A stretch of 64,000 bases of DNA from Octopus sinensis (GCF_006345805.1 NC_043001.1:133362001-133426000); one strand, 5' to 3'. Shown: positions 37,497 through 50,169, counted from the first letter of the stretch. The notes: a model not told the origin generated them from the sequence alone. Program-made: numbers and translations.

Positions 37497-37770
37497 GGAG
37501 GGCCAATGGCCCAGTGGTTAGGGCAGCAGACTCGCGGTTGTAGGATCGCGGTTTCGATTCCCAGACCGGGCGTTGTGTGTTTATTGAGCGAAAACACCTG
37601 AAAGCTCCACGATGCTCCGGCAGGTGATCCCTGCTGTACTCTTTCTCTCACTCTTTCGTCTGTTGGCCTGCTCGCTCATCCAGCGGGGTGGCGTCATTCG
37701 AAGGCTAAAACAATGCGAACGCATTGTGACCAGCGATGTGTAACAACATCTGATGGTCTGGTCGGTCACG
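37497..37770 (+). mobile_element. SINE family C
   Basis: Matches the reverse complement of 25540-25839. Confidence 0.85.
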
Positions 37771-37794
37771 AAAAAAAAAATATATATATATATA

Positions 37795-37827
<33 letters not shown>

Positions 37828-38637
37828 TGTATGTATGTTTTTGTCCGCCACCGTCACCGCTCGACAACCGGTGTTAATTTGTTCACGTTCCCGTAAATTA
37901 ACGGTTCGGTAAAAGAGTCCAATAAATGAAGTGCCAGATTTAAAGATTAAAAAAAAAACAAGTACAAGGGGCGATTTGTTCGACAAACCCTTCAAAGCGA
38001 TGCCCCAGCATGGTTGCAGTTTAATGACTAAACAATTAAAAGATAAAAGATAAAAGATAAAAGATTAATTAAACAAAGAGAAAACATTCTTGTTAATTTC
38101 ATAATCTCTGCCAAGTCTCATAGTTATGAATAATAGGTTCTCTTGTCATTCTTAATTTGTTGTTTGGAGATATTTTCCCAGTTTTGACCCACTTCAAAGA
38201 ATCTCTTGATGCATGACTCATCTACTCCTATTAGATGTCGGTCGAGAAGTGATATAAATAAATTCTATTCTATTTAGTTAATACATTTTACCTTTACGTT
38301 ACACCCACATATGATTGTTATCGCTTATAGTTTGGGCACAATGATTTAGATATACTATTTCCTGTCTCCCTCCCACCCCACTAATTATTCCGCCAACAAC
38401 ACCACCGTCACAATCAATACATACTTCTCTATCTCTCCAACCTCCTTCTCTTCATGTTTCTTCTCTTACTCATTGTGTTCTTCGTCACTATCATCGAATT
38501 ACATTATTGCTTGTTTGGGCTGCAGAACCCACTGTAGCGTGACTGATATCCTTACTGTTTGAGAGACACATTAGGAATAATCTCGTGGTAGTTGACAACC
38601 ATCTTTAGCTTTTTGGCCCTGTTGTGTCCATTGCTCT

Positions 38638-38704
38638 GATTGGTTGGCATTTGGCGCAGTTTGTCTTTCGACTTATTTCGCGCCAGTGTGTAAGCCAACC
38701 AATC
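38638..38704. promoter_or_regulatory. Inverted CCAAT-box pair enclosing two E2F-consensus sites
   Basis: GATTGGTTGGC (38638) / GCCAACCAATC (38694-38704); TTTGGCGC at 38650 and TTTCGCGC at 38676. Confidence 0.35.
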
Positions 38705-39619
38705 ACGGCCTTTGGATAAGGTCTCGTGACACTGTTTTTCTGATGCTTCATTTGAGCCTATTCCAGGTCTTTGGCTCTAGACCTTCTAAGGTCTAGTCAC
38801 TGACCACAGAGATACTCAGCCGTGTCCCAGTTCCAGCGACAGACGACCAGCCAGTCAGCCATGCCGACGCTAATGTACACCAGCAGCATAGAACGTTCTC
38901 CATCTCCGCCACCGTCATCACCATCGTCGCCATAACCACTGTCAACTTCAAATATGTACACAGCACTCGTCCAGGTCTATTCTCCACGCTGTTTGTGAAT
39001 ACTTCACCGAGGGAAAACAGTTACAGTCTACCTGAAAGAACTTTCTGTATCAAGAGACTCGGCACGGCATTGAAACCCCAACCGCGGCATGACATGTGCC
39101 CAACCGGCCTCTCCCTCGTGACCTCCAACATCTTATTATAGAACTTGCTATTGTGCACCTCACTTAAGAACTGGTAAACAAATTCCATCTTAGCTCAATA
39201 TGCTGAGAAACTTCCTGGTTGTTACCGAGTACGTTCTGTAAATTATTGTTTTCTCATTCTTTTTTTGCAAACTTCTCTGGTGGGGGACACACCTTCACTT
39301 CGTTCCCCTCCCTTTTAATCATTTCCTTGAATTTACTTAATTCCTCCAGCCTCACCTCTCGCTTTTTTTCCTTCGTCGCTTCTGCATAATTCTTCGTCTC
39401 CATTACTTCGTCAATTTTCCTCAGACTTCTAACCAACTCTTCCTCAGACGACACAAAGTCTGATGAAGAATAACTCAACTTTTCACAACTCATCACACGA
39501 CGTCCCTCCATTAAACAAGAGGGAAAACGTCGCACCGCTAAGACAACCAGAAATATACGTGTATTACACACAAAGACAGTAGTACGACTAACCAAAACGA
39601 TAAACCGGAAGCAAGCTTC

Positions 39620-40033
39620 TTATTTCTTCATTGCCCACAAGGGGCTAAACATAGAGGGAACAAACAAGGACAGAGAAACGGATTAAGTCGATTACATCAA
39701 CCCCAGTGCGTAACTGGTACTTAATTTATCGACCCCGAAACGATGAAAGGCAAAGTTGATATCGGCGGAATTTGAACTCAGAACGTAACGGCAGACGAAA
39801 TACCTATTTCTTTACTACCCACAAGGAGCTAGACACAGAGAGGACAAACAAGGACAGACAAACGGATTAAGTCGATTACATCAACTCCAGTGCGTAACTG
39901 GTACTTAATTTATCGACCCCGAGAGGATGAAAGGCAAAGTTGACATCGGCGGAATTTGAACTCAGAACGTAACGGCAGACGAAATACGGCTACGCATTTC
40001 GCCCGGTGTGCTAACGTTTCTGCCAGCTTGCCA
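39620..40033 (-). mobile_element. SINE family D with duplicated body (dimer)
   Basis: Two tandem copies of the body follow one head. Confidence 0.85.
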
Positions 40034-40090
40034 CCACACAGCCACTCCTGATTGCCCTACGTAAAGATTCGCGACTGCTTCTGCCTATAC

Positions 40091-40278
40091 CAGTTCTCCG
40101 CAACCGGTATGCCGCGGCACACTGGTGTGCCACGAGACGATGCTAAGTGTACTGCAGTGTAACCTAAATATAATTTCTTTCCCCTATACCTTTAGTTATA
40201 TTTTTAGCTTAGGCGTGACGCCGAATTTTGAAAAGAATATAAGTGAACCGCAAAGGTAAAAAAGGTTGAGGAGCACTA
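40091..40278. mobile_element. hAT-like MITE, degenerate
   Basis: CAGTTCTCCGCAACC / GGTTGAGGAGCACT termini. Confidence 0.55.
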
Positions 40279-40648
40279 ACTTGTACTACAGTTCCCATGT
40301 GATGAAATTGCAGAAGTAACAGTATTTCGTGGTCACAGCTTGATTTGCGCTGAAGTTAAACTTGGATTATAGGAGGGAATAACTAGCCTTACTCTCCATT
40401 TTCTTTATTTTGTTGAGCTTATTTTGTGGAGCCACGAAGGATGAACAGTAACTTCTATTCTGTTGATGCTTGAAGTCGGAACGTAAAGAACAATTAAAAA
40501 TTGCCTGATATTTTCTCTGTCTCTCTACTGTGCCAACCACCACATTGTCTGTCCCATAGCTCTTACAGAAGTATAAATACTAACTTCTACAATTGTTAGA
40601 ACTAGAAGATTCCTTGTTTGTAAGGAAGAAGTTTAGTCTACAGCAGTA

Positions 40649-41660
40649 CGAGGGGCTACTGAAAAGTTCCTGGCTTTAGACAAAAGAAAATACAAGAAGA
40701 TCAGTTAATTATGATTTTATTCAACACTAGCAGCATAGCCCGGCGTTGCCCGGGTATGTAAGAGCCCCTAGTAGGCAACGACTAATCCCAATCTAGTCCT
40801 TTCCCTCTAGGGAACGAAGGCGCATGTGTAGGTTGCAATGTCTTCTCTTCACTCCCAAATAACTATCAAACAGCTATCGATAATTCAACCCAACCAATTC
40901 CTACCAGGAAGAAATTACATTCGAGACTTTACCCCCAACACCGCCACTTCTGCTAATAGCTGCTGCAGCCGCAAGTTATTCGAATACTTTTTTGTTTACA
41001 CTTTCTTTATAACTACCACCCCAAACGTTTTACCTTAAATTTTTGACGTACCCTAAGGGTCCTCGGAAACTTGCAAACTTTGGGTTTATTATAAACCGCT
41101 TTTGTCGTGTGCATCAAAAAACCCTTTCCATTCGTTTGTTCAGTTTGATCATTTTTGACTTTTTCGTTGTTGTCACTCACATTGCTGCCCGCTTTTTTGC
41201 CGTTTTTTGTACATTTTTATACATTTTGGGATACTTACCCCACGTGTTTCGAGAGTTAAAACGGTCGAGTTGCATCCCCTAGACAGTCTGTAGAAAATGT
41301 GTTGCATATAAAAAGCTTAGATTCTCGACCCATGTCGAATTTATTGATTTTTTTTCAGAACTGGGGGAACTTTTCAAAATTTTCGCTGTGTTAGTTTTGA
41401 ATTATGACATTGGGCTATGTGTGTGTCAAGTTTCATCAGAATCGGTTGAAAGCCGTGGTCAGGGTGAGGGTACAACCTGACAGACACACAGACACACAAA
41501 CTGCCGTTTATATATAGAGAGATATTCCCCTCTCAGATTCATACAGTTATTGCAGTGGTCCTTCAGTTTTTCTAAGCCCTGTAAAAGAACTCGGAGGGTG
41601 GGCCTCCAGTCAGGCCTTTCACGACACCCTTAAAGCCAAGAACTTTTCGACACTCCCTCG
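40649..41660. mobile_element. Mariner MITE with TA TSD, split by a Helitron
   Basis: TA-CGAGGGGCTACTGAAAAGTTCCTGGCTTTA ... TAAAGCCAAGAACTTTTCGACACTCCCTCG-TA. Confidence 0.8.
40727..41522 (-). mobile_element. Non-autonomous Helitron family H3
   Basis: CTAG plus CCCGGCGTTGCCCGGG hairpin end. Inserted at A|T (TTCAACA|TATTCCCC) with no TSD. Confidence 0.85.
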
Positions 41661-42175
41661 TATATTACTACTATTTTATTTTACAGACTCCGGAAAGATA
41701 AAACTGTTTAAACAAATCCTAATCGTTCCGGATGGAATTTGAAACCGGAATATAAGGAGTGGAAAATTGATAGCATAAGTGATTTATTGTGATGTTCTAC
41801 TTTTCCTATATATCAAAATACAAATATTGCTAGTTTATGCTAATGTATTCAATTCACATTTATTTCGTCTTTTCTTTTGATAGTAATATCGATTTCGAAT
41901 TTTGGCACAAGGCCAGTAAATTCGGGGACATGGGTTCAACTGGTACTTATTCTATCGACCCCTAAAGGATAGAAAACAAAGTCGGAATTTGAACTGAGGA
42001 CATAAAACCGGAGGAAATGCCGGTAAACATTTTGCCCGGCGTGCTAACGATTCTGCCAGCTTGCCATCCTCTCATTTGAAAGTAATATCGAATGATATAT
42101 TTTTTAATTAATGTTCTGTGCGTGATTGGTTGAGATTGGTTTGGAAGGAACTTATTTATAATGTTACGAATATAG

Positions 42176-42480
42176 GTTGTTGTTTGTTCCTTCTCGAGCC
42201 ACGCCTCGCTCATAGGGCTGGTTTCCCGGTTTCCTTGGCGTATAGGTTCCCCACCTGGACGGGACGCCAGTCCATCGCAGGTGAGCTGCATGATGCAAGA
42301 GGAAAGAGTGAGAGAAAATTGTGGCGAAAGAGTCGGCAGAAGTTCGCCATTACCTTCTGCCGGAGCCGCGTGGAGCTTAGGTGTTTCGCTCATAAACACA
42401 TACATCGCCCGGTCTGAGATTCGAACCCGCGATCCCTCGACTGCAAGTCCGCTTCTCTAACCACTAGGCCACGTGCTTCC
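42176..42480 (-). mobile_element. SINE with B/C head and a V-domain-like tail
   Basis: Shared head, then CCTGCGATGGACTGGCGTCCCGTCCAGG, which resembles the V-SINE domain (from recall). Confidence 0.7.
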
Positions 42481-43174
42481 ACCCGACTATAGGTACAAGG
42501 CCTGAAATTTGAAGGGTAAGAATTAGTCAATACCACTGACTCTAGTACTTGACTTAATTTACTATGGAGGGATGAAAAACAAAGATGACTTCGGTGAAGT
42601 TTGAACTCAGAATGTAAAGTATCGTAACAAATGCCGCAAAGCCTCTTTCCGAAAATTCAACGATTCTGCCAATCTACTGCCCGTTGGGATTTACTAATAT
42701 TGGTTTCAAATTCTGGCACAAGGCCAGCAATTTTTGGAAAGGGTGTAATTTGATTACATCGACCCCAGTGCTCAACTCGTACTTATTTTGACGACCCTCA
42801 AAGTCGACCTCGGCGGAATTTGAACGCTAAGATGGACGAAATGCCGCAAAGCATTTCGCCTGACATGATAATGATTCTTCCAGCTCGTCGCCTTGAGACT
42901 GACTAATATTAATTGATAGTGATGTCGGGAGATAGGGTGATCTCGAGTTACAACTAATGTCCTCGTGATTGTTAGTCTCTTTGTTTAATTGTATGGTCGT
43001 ATATGTTACTATCCGACAGTCTGTCTCTGTATATTTAATCTTTAGTTACGCTGGTGGTCTTCCGGGGAAACACACAACGATGACTAAATACGAGTTCCAG
43101 TTGGTAATGATGAAAAGGAATGTTTTACAGAGTAACCAAACGAATTCGTTTGCAGTAAACTCTATTATTGTATA

Positions 43175-43465
43175 TCACGTGATCACGTGACCGACGTTGT
43201 TACACATCGCTCGTCACAATGCGTTCGCATTGTTTTAGCCTTCGAATGACGCCACCCCGCTGGCTAAGCGAGCAGGCCAACAGAAGAAAGAGTGGGAGAA
43301 AGAGTTGTGAAAGAGTACAGCAGGGATCACCACCCCCTGCCGGAGCCTCGTGGAGCTTTTGGGTGTTTTCGCTCAATAAACACACACAACGCCCGGTCTG
43401 GGAATCGAAACCGCGATCCTGCGACCGCGAGTCCGCTGCCCTAACCACTAGGCCATTGCGCCACC
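43175..43465 (-). mobile_element. SINE family C
   Basis: Matches 25540-25839. Confidence 0.85.
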
Positions 43466-44052
43466 ATTATTGTATATAGTAAGCTCAAATATGTTATTGC
43501 ATTACCCGGGTTCAATTTTAGTCTTTTTATGATTAAAAAGCTGTAATTTTTGATAATCCTATGCCTGCTGTTTCATTAAAAAGTTGACAAAAATGTTAAA
43601 ATATTATCCATATTATCCATATTATCCGCTTATTTTTACACCATTATAAAGTATATTATAATAATTTTTTTTTCACATTCTAATTTGCTTATTTCTCTTT
43701 ATCAAGTTCATAAAATTCCATGACAATGGTATGGTTTTTTTTTTACAAATGACGACATGTTTCTTTCGGTGAATGTTTTATTTTGTCCTTCTCGTGATTC
43801 AAGCTAAGTTTCCTGTTTTATTATTTTTTTTTTAATTCCTTACCAAATCTCCGATTCGCTATATCCCAGCCTATGTCTGTCTCTTGCTTTGAATATTTCT
43901 CCTTCGAAAGTTTGCAGAGATATTTTTCACACGGATATTTGCTAGGATGTCACGAAGTTGATATTAATACAAGTAAAGGGATAATCTAAATGGATGATGG
44001 TTTCAACTTTTGGCACAAGGTCAGCAATTCTAGTGGGAGGTATTACATAGAT

Positions 44053-44286
44053 AAGGCGGCGAGCTGGCAGAAATGTTAGCACGCCGGGCGAAATGCTTAG
44101 CGGTATTTCGTTTGCGTTACGTTATGAGTTCAAATTCCGCCGAGGTCGACTTTGCCTTTCATCCTTTCGGGGTCGATAAATTAAGTACCAGTTACGCACT
44201 GGGGTCGATGTAATCGACTTAATACCTATGTCTGTCCTTGTTTGTCCCCTCTGTGTTTAGCCCCTTGTGGGTAATAAAGAAATAGG
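44053..44286 (+). mobile_element. SINE family D monomer, 12-bp TSD
   Basis: TATTACATAGAT at 44041-44052 and 44287-44298. Confidence 0.9.
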
Positions 44287-44846
44287 TATTACATAGATCC
44301 CAGTGATGAATTGGTACTTTATTTTATCGACCCCCGCAAGGGTGAAAGGCAAAGTTGACCACAGCGTTAATTGAACCCGGAATGTACTGAGCCGGAAGAA
44401 ATACCGCTAAGCGTTTTATCCGACGCGCTAACCATTCTGTCTGTTCACTATCCTAAATTAATCTGATAATGACATCAATTATGCTGTCTAGATTTGTGTC
44501 ATCCAATAATATGAATGAGAAATATCTTATCAAAACTGAAAGGATAGTATTCGGAAGTAATATCTTATATTCAGCGGAAGCATAAAAGGGTGGAGTGAGA
44601 GAGAATAGATTATTTGGCTTAAGATATGTACTTTTATTCTTTTTATCAAGAGGACATTTATGAAAAGACGTCACGCTAGGAAAGATCTTATCCTAGGTTG
44701 ATGGCACGAAGCAATTAAAAGATGTTTCTGTTCTTGCTATTAAATGTGCCATCGACATTACCAATTAACAAGGATATGCTTGTCAATTATATGACAAGGA
44801 TACAGCCGACAGTGGCGATACATCTTCTAAAATAATAAATGCGAAA

Positions 44847-45429
44847 GGCGGCGAGCTGGCAGAAACGTTAGCACGCCGGGCGAAATGTGTAGCCGTATTT
44901 CGCGTGCCGTTATGTTCTGAGTTCTAATTCCGCCGAGGTCGACTTTACCTTTCATCCTTTCGGGGTCGATAAATTAAGTACCAGTTACGCACTGGTGTCG
45001 ATGTAATCGATTTAATCCGTTTGTTTGTTCTTGTTTGTCCCCGCTGTGTTTAGCCCCTTGTGGGTAGTAAAGAAATAGGTATTTCGTCTGCCGTTAAGTT
45101 CTGAGTTCAAATTCTGCCAAGGTCGACTTTGCCTTTCATCCTTTCGGGGTCGATAAATTAAGTACCAGTTACGCACTGGGTCGATGTAATCGATTTAATC
45201 CGTTTGTCTGCCCTTGTTTGTCCCCTCTATGTGTAGCCCCTTATGGGTAGTAAAAGAAATAGGTATTTCATCTGTCTTTACTTTCTTAGTTTAAATTCTG
45301 CCGAGGTCGACTTTACCTTTCATCCCTTCGGAGTCGATAAATAAAGTACCAGTTGCCAGCTGGGGTCGATCTAATCAACTGGCCCCCTCCTCAAAAGTTT
45401 CGGGCCTTTTGCCTAGAGTAGAAAAGAAT
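44847..45429 (+). mobile_element. SINE family D trimer, 15-bp TSD
   Basis: Bodies start at 44895, 45079 and 45263 (184-bp period). ATAATAAATGCGAAA at 44832-44846 and 45430-45444. Confidence 0.9.
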
Positions 45430-45670
45430 ATAATAAATGCGAAAACTAATTTCTGTGTGTCAGTGTGTCAAACTTCGACCCCACTCCGCCTCTCTCACTA
45501 TTTATTGACAATCCTACTATTGCTCATGTTAGCGTGAGAGTAATAGTAGGTATAGAAACGCTGAGGGCGGTGGTGAAGACAGAGAGCGAGAGAAAGAAAG
45601 AACGAAAGAAAGAAAGAAAGAAAGAAAAGAGAGGGAGAGAGAGAGAGAGAGAAAGAAATTTCAGGAGAGT

Positions 45671-46085
45671 TACTCTTACTCTTTACTCTTTTATTTGTTT
45701 CAGTCATCTGACTGCGGCCATGCTGGAGCACCGCCTTTAGTCGAGCAAATCGACCCCGGGACTTATTCTTTGTAAGCCCAGTGCTTATTCTATCGGTCTC
45801 TTTTGCCGAACCGCTAAGTGACGGGGACGTAAACACACCAGCATTGGTTGTCAAGCAATGCTAGGGGGACAAACACACACACACAACACAAACACACACA
45901 CACACATATATATATATATACATATATACGACGGGCTTCTTTCAGTTTCCGTCTACCAAATCCACTCACAAGGCATTGGTCGGCCCGGGACTATAGCAGA
46001 AGACACTTGCCCAAGATGCCACGCAGTGGGACTGAACCCGGAACCATGTGGTTGGTTAGCAAGCTACTTACCACACAGCCACTCT
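45671..46085 (-). mobile_element. SINE family A
   Basis: Reverse complement of family A. Confidence 0.9.
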
Positions 46086-46662
46086 TGATGATTTTTTTAA
46101 TTAAAAGTAGTAGTGTTGATGGTGGCTGTGGAAGTAATAATAAGAGAGAGTGCGAGAGGGGGCTATGTGAGAGAAAGAGGGACTGAACACTGAACTAAGA
46201 TGCTGAATTTACATACTGAACAAACACATACATTTAGCCTTTTTGTGATGGTAATGGGGTGATAATAACAGTATGAGCTGTAGTTGTGATAAAGGCCGAG
46301 GCGGTCAGGGATGAGAGTAAGCGATGTGAAAGACAGTGGTGATGGTGGTGGGGGGGAAGGCGGCGAAGACAAAGGTATTGATGGTGGTGGCGTCAGAGGT
46401 CTAAATGATATGGTGTACGGCAGATGTGGTGGCGATGGTGGTGGTACTGTTGTTTATCATGAAGCTTTGCAATAAGTTCCTAGTCGACAAATTATATTAT
46501 GGTTTTGATGAAAATTGTTCATTGCTTGAAAAATATTGTTCAAGTATAATAAAATTTAAAATGTACTCAATGTATGAAGTGTCACTGTTGGGATCAAGGC
46601 CTTATGAAGAGCCCTCCACAGGACGTAGCTTAAAAGCCGCCCGACAGGGCAGCTTTTAAGCT

Positions 46663-46727
<65 letters not shown>

Positions 46728-46929
46728 CACACACATATACACAACACTGGTAATTCCTCCAGCTGTGATGCATATTGTATACATGGTTTGAGAACTCACT
46801 CAGATAAAGAATACAGGCCAGAAAGAATTGGTCATATCAATGATCTACCAACGAAAACTCATGGACACACGCGACATAATAATCCAACTGCTTGTTCCAA
46901 TCCTATACATCACACTCAATCAAATAAGC

Positions 46930-47831
46930 CTAACAACAGATATAGGAATCTAGATGTTCTCTGGTTCAACCAGATTTTCGGTTTGCATATTTCAACCAAG
47001 ATGGCTAGAACATTTTTTGCTGCTTTGGACAAGTGTTTTCCTAAATCTGATCGGCATTATGCTATTTTTAATCGTCACACCGTGAAGGTATCCTAGCTTA
47101 TGTATCGCATAAACAATAGCAAAATGTGGCAAAGGTTCAATAACCAACATACAAACGTTATAATAGTTTGCATAAAACATTGGTCTTGTAAACCAAAATT
47201 AAATATCTCATTTTTATATCTTTTTAAAGGTTACAAGTGAATCGAACATTTGCATCTAAATACCAAGGAGATGTAAACTGCATTGCTAAACACCAACTAC
47301 GACCAATTTGTAGTAGTAGAAATTATTATGATACAGCTAGCACGGTAACAACGCCGATAAATGCAGTCGGGACTGCCTTATATACAAATAAATACGATAA
47401 ATGCTCATGCAGAGAAAAATTAAAATGTCCTTTGATGAATTTCTGTATGAGTACAAATCTTGTATATAAATGTACCGTGCATACAAGAAGGACCCTATGT
47501 TTACATTGGGCAGACGGCTGATTCATTTAAGAATCGTTATCGTAACCATGTTGCCAGCTTTAAGACAATCAATAAGAGACATTCAATATCTTTGGCATAT
47601 TTAGTATGGCGACTGAAGAAGGATAAAATCAAGTACAGTATTAATTCATTCATAGTAAGGTATGCGAAACCACATAATATAATTTCCAGGAGATGCTGTC
47701 TCTGCTCCGAGGAATCCCTGTCTATTCTGTGGACTAACGAGAAGATAATTAATAGAATTTCTGAACGATTCTCGAGATACCTACAGGCATATAAATGTAC
47801 TTTCGCACAATGCAGTGAGAATGAATTTTGA
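46930..47831 (+). pseudogene. Penelope-like linker plus GIY-YIG endonuclease pseudogene
   Basis: WFN..F....T..A..F...LDK.FPK....Y.IFNRHTVKVS, CSCR.K.KCPL..C..LVYK, YIGQT...FKNRY.NH..SF and CCLC.EE. Confidence 0.85.
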
Positions 47832-48198
47832 ATAACCGTTAACTTAATTTACTTTAAGGTATGAATGACCTAAGTTTACTTTTAACTTCCCCATTCTTAT
47901 AAACACCAAATTGATAACTAACTCGCTTTGTGATCATGTGATCATGAGTACACCAAACCTCACGTGTGCGTATGCTCACATTTTTGCGGATACTTATGAG
48001 CGAGTGTACTCGCGCCATTCAGCTTTCCCGAGGGCGTTTATACATCCATATCTATTAGCGGTTATTTTTAATACTTTTCTCGCTGGATTGCGTGTTCGTT
48101 TCTCTTATTTCCATCTTTGATTTTATTTTTGATCTTCTATATAAATGAAGATATTTCCTCCATCTGGCTGAGAACAGTCCTTTTAACGAGTTGTATTT

Positions 48199-48304
48199 AT
48201 CACTCGACGAGATACATCTGCACCACCGGATGCTCCTAAACCAGTTGTTGAGTGTCCCAGCCAAGAGGAATCGATGCTAGAGGTGTCGAAACAATTGTCG
48301 TGGT
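48199..48304 (+). ncRNA. Degenerate hammerhead with long stem II in a Penelope 3' region
   Basis: ATCAC-TCGACGA-GATAC..GTGTC-GAAAC(AATT)GTC-GTGGT, followed by AATAAA. Confidence 0.45.
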
Positions 48305-48347
48305 TAATAATAAATTCTCGTATATTCCATCTTCAGTCTTTCATCTG

Positions 48348-48384
<37 letters not shown>

Positions 48385-48446
48385 GAGATTCGTTATAGGT
48401 ATAAGAATATACAATAAACAAGTATATATATATGTATATATGCATG

Positions 48447-48483
<37 letters not shown>

Positions 48484-48897
48484 ATGTATGTATGTATGTA
48501 TGTATGTGATATATATATGTGTGTGTGTGTGGATAAAAATATATATATATGTGTGTATATATATATGTATGTATATAGAAATGTATATATATGCGTTTTT
48601 TGTTGTGAATGCGTGCTCCTTTTTTATTTTTTGTGTTTGTATCCATCCCTTACACATGCACCCTTATGTATGTGTGTGTTGGTATGTGCACGTATGTGTC
48701 GTATGTGGTGTATGAGTTCTTTTCCCTCCCCTACCCTTGCCAAATGTTTTGAGTGGAGAAATTATGTTGAACACACCGGCTTACCCTGTCTTTGATCGCC
48801 GTCTCTCTTTGAAAAACAAAATCTTTGGGTTTGTTTTTGTCTCTGCTTTCAATCTCAAACATAATCTTGTTCATCTGCTTTAAGCTTCTGGTAAATA

Positions 48898-48934
<37 letters not shown>

Positions 48935-49442
48935 ATATAATATATATATATACTCGTGTTCCAATTAAATTATTATGTATACGTATAACTCTCTATGGTT
49001 TTCTTATGCTAGTGAAATTGTTACATTGTGCTCTAGTAAACACCCGTGGCCTTATTTACACTGTATTTCGTCTAGAATGTTGTTTATTATTATTATTATT
49101 ATTATTATTATTTTAAACACATCTGTTAGATTCTTATGTTACAGTTTCACTGCACATATACACTTGCATACACATTGATATATTTTCATTTTTATTTTCA
49201 TTTTTATTTTTCGTCTTTCTCACCATTATTATTGTTGATATCATTATTTTTCCCATTCACAACTTGGTTTGTAAATTACCCGAATTCCCTTTATTGCCCC
49301 ATCTGTGTTCTCTTGTTGTATTTTACTTTATTTTTATTTTTTTTATCTCATTTTACTTCATCTTATTAAATTTTTTTGATGCCCTTCAAAAGATTCCTCA
49401 CTGATGAGAATGACAATGCATAAATTGAATTTTAAATTTTAT

Positions 49443-49833
49443 ACTCTTTTACTCTTTTACTTGTTTCAGTCATTTGACTGCGGTCATGCTGGAGCACCGC
49501 CTTTAGTCGAGCAAATCGACCCCGGGACTTATTCTTTGTAAGCCCAGTACTTATTCTATCGGTCTCTATTGCCGAACCGCTAAGTTACGGGGACGTAAAC
49601 ACACCAGCATCGGTTGTCAAGCAATGCTAGGGGGACAAACACACACATACACATATATATACATATATACGACAGGCTTCTTTCAGTTTCCGTCTACCAA
49701 ATCCACTCACAAGGCATTGGTCGGCCCGGGGCTATAGCAGAAGACACTTGCCCAAGGTACCACGCAGTGGGACTGAACCCAGAACCATGTGGTTGGTAAG
49801 CAAGCTACTTACCACACAGCCACTCCTGCGCCT
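49443..49833 (-). mobile_element. SINE family A, full length
   Basis: Reverse complement of family A. Confidence 0.9.
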
Positions 49834-50169
49834 ATTTCTATTTTTTATTTTTATTTTAATTTTTTTATTTTCAATTATAATCACTATGATTTAAATTTTT
49901 CTTACATTTTTGCACTGTTTTTCGAAACGTACATATGCATTGAATCCAGTTTTATAATAAATCTATTTCTGTTCCAACATCTTTTCTCCATTTTTTAATA
50001 CTTTTTATGGTATATTCTTATAATTATAATGAATCTCCTCAAATATTATTTTCATATTCTTATTACCAGTTTTGGCTGTTTTTCATGAATATGATGAATC
50101 CTTATTAGAAATCACATTTTCTCTCTTTTTGGATCCCCTAAAAAGTTTGAATTGCTCTTTTTGAACTTT

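Noticed and set aside
47085-47110. Selenocysteine read-through in the Penelope endonuclease region
   Set aside because: The stop after KVS is TAG with a nearby frameshift, not an in-frame TGA at a cysteine position.
49395-49440. CTGATGA-GAAT HHR-like start
   Set aside because: No GAAA, stem III or stem I partner can be identified.
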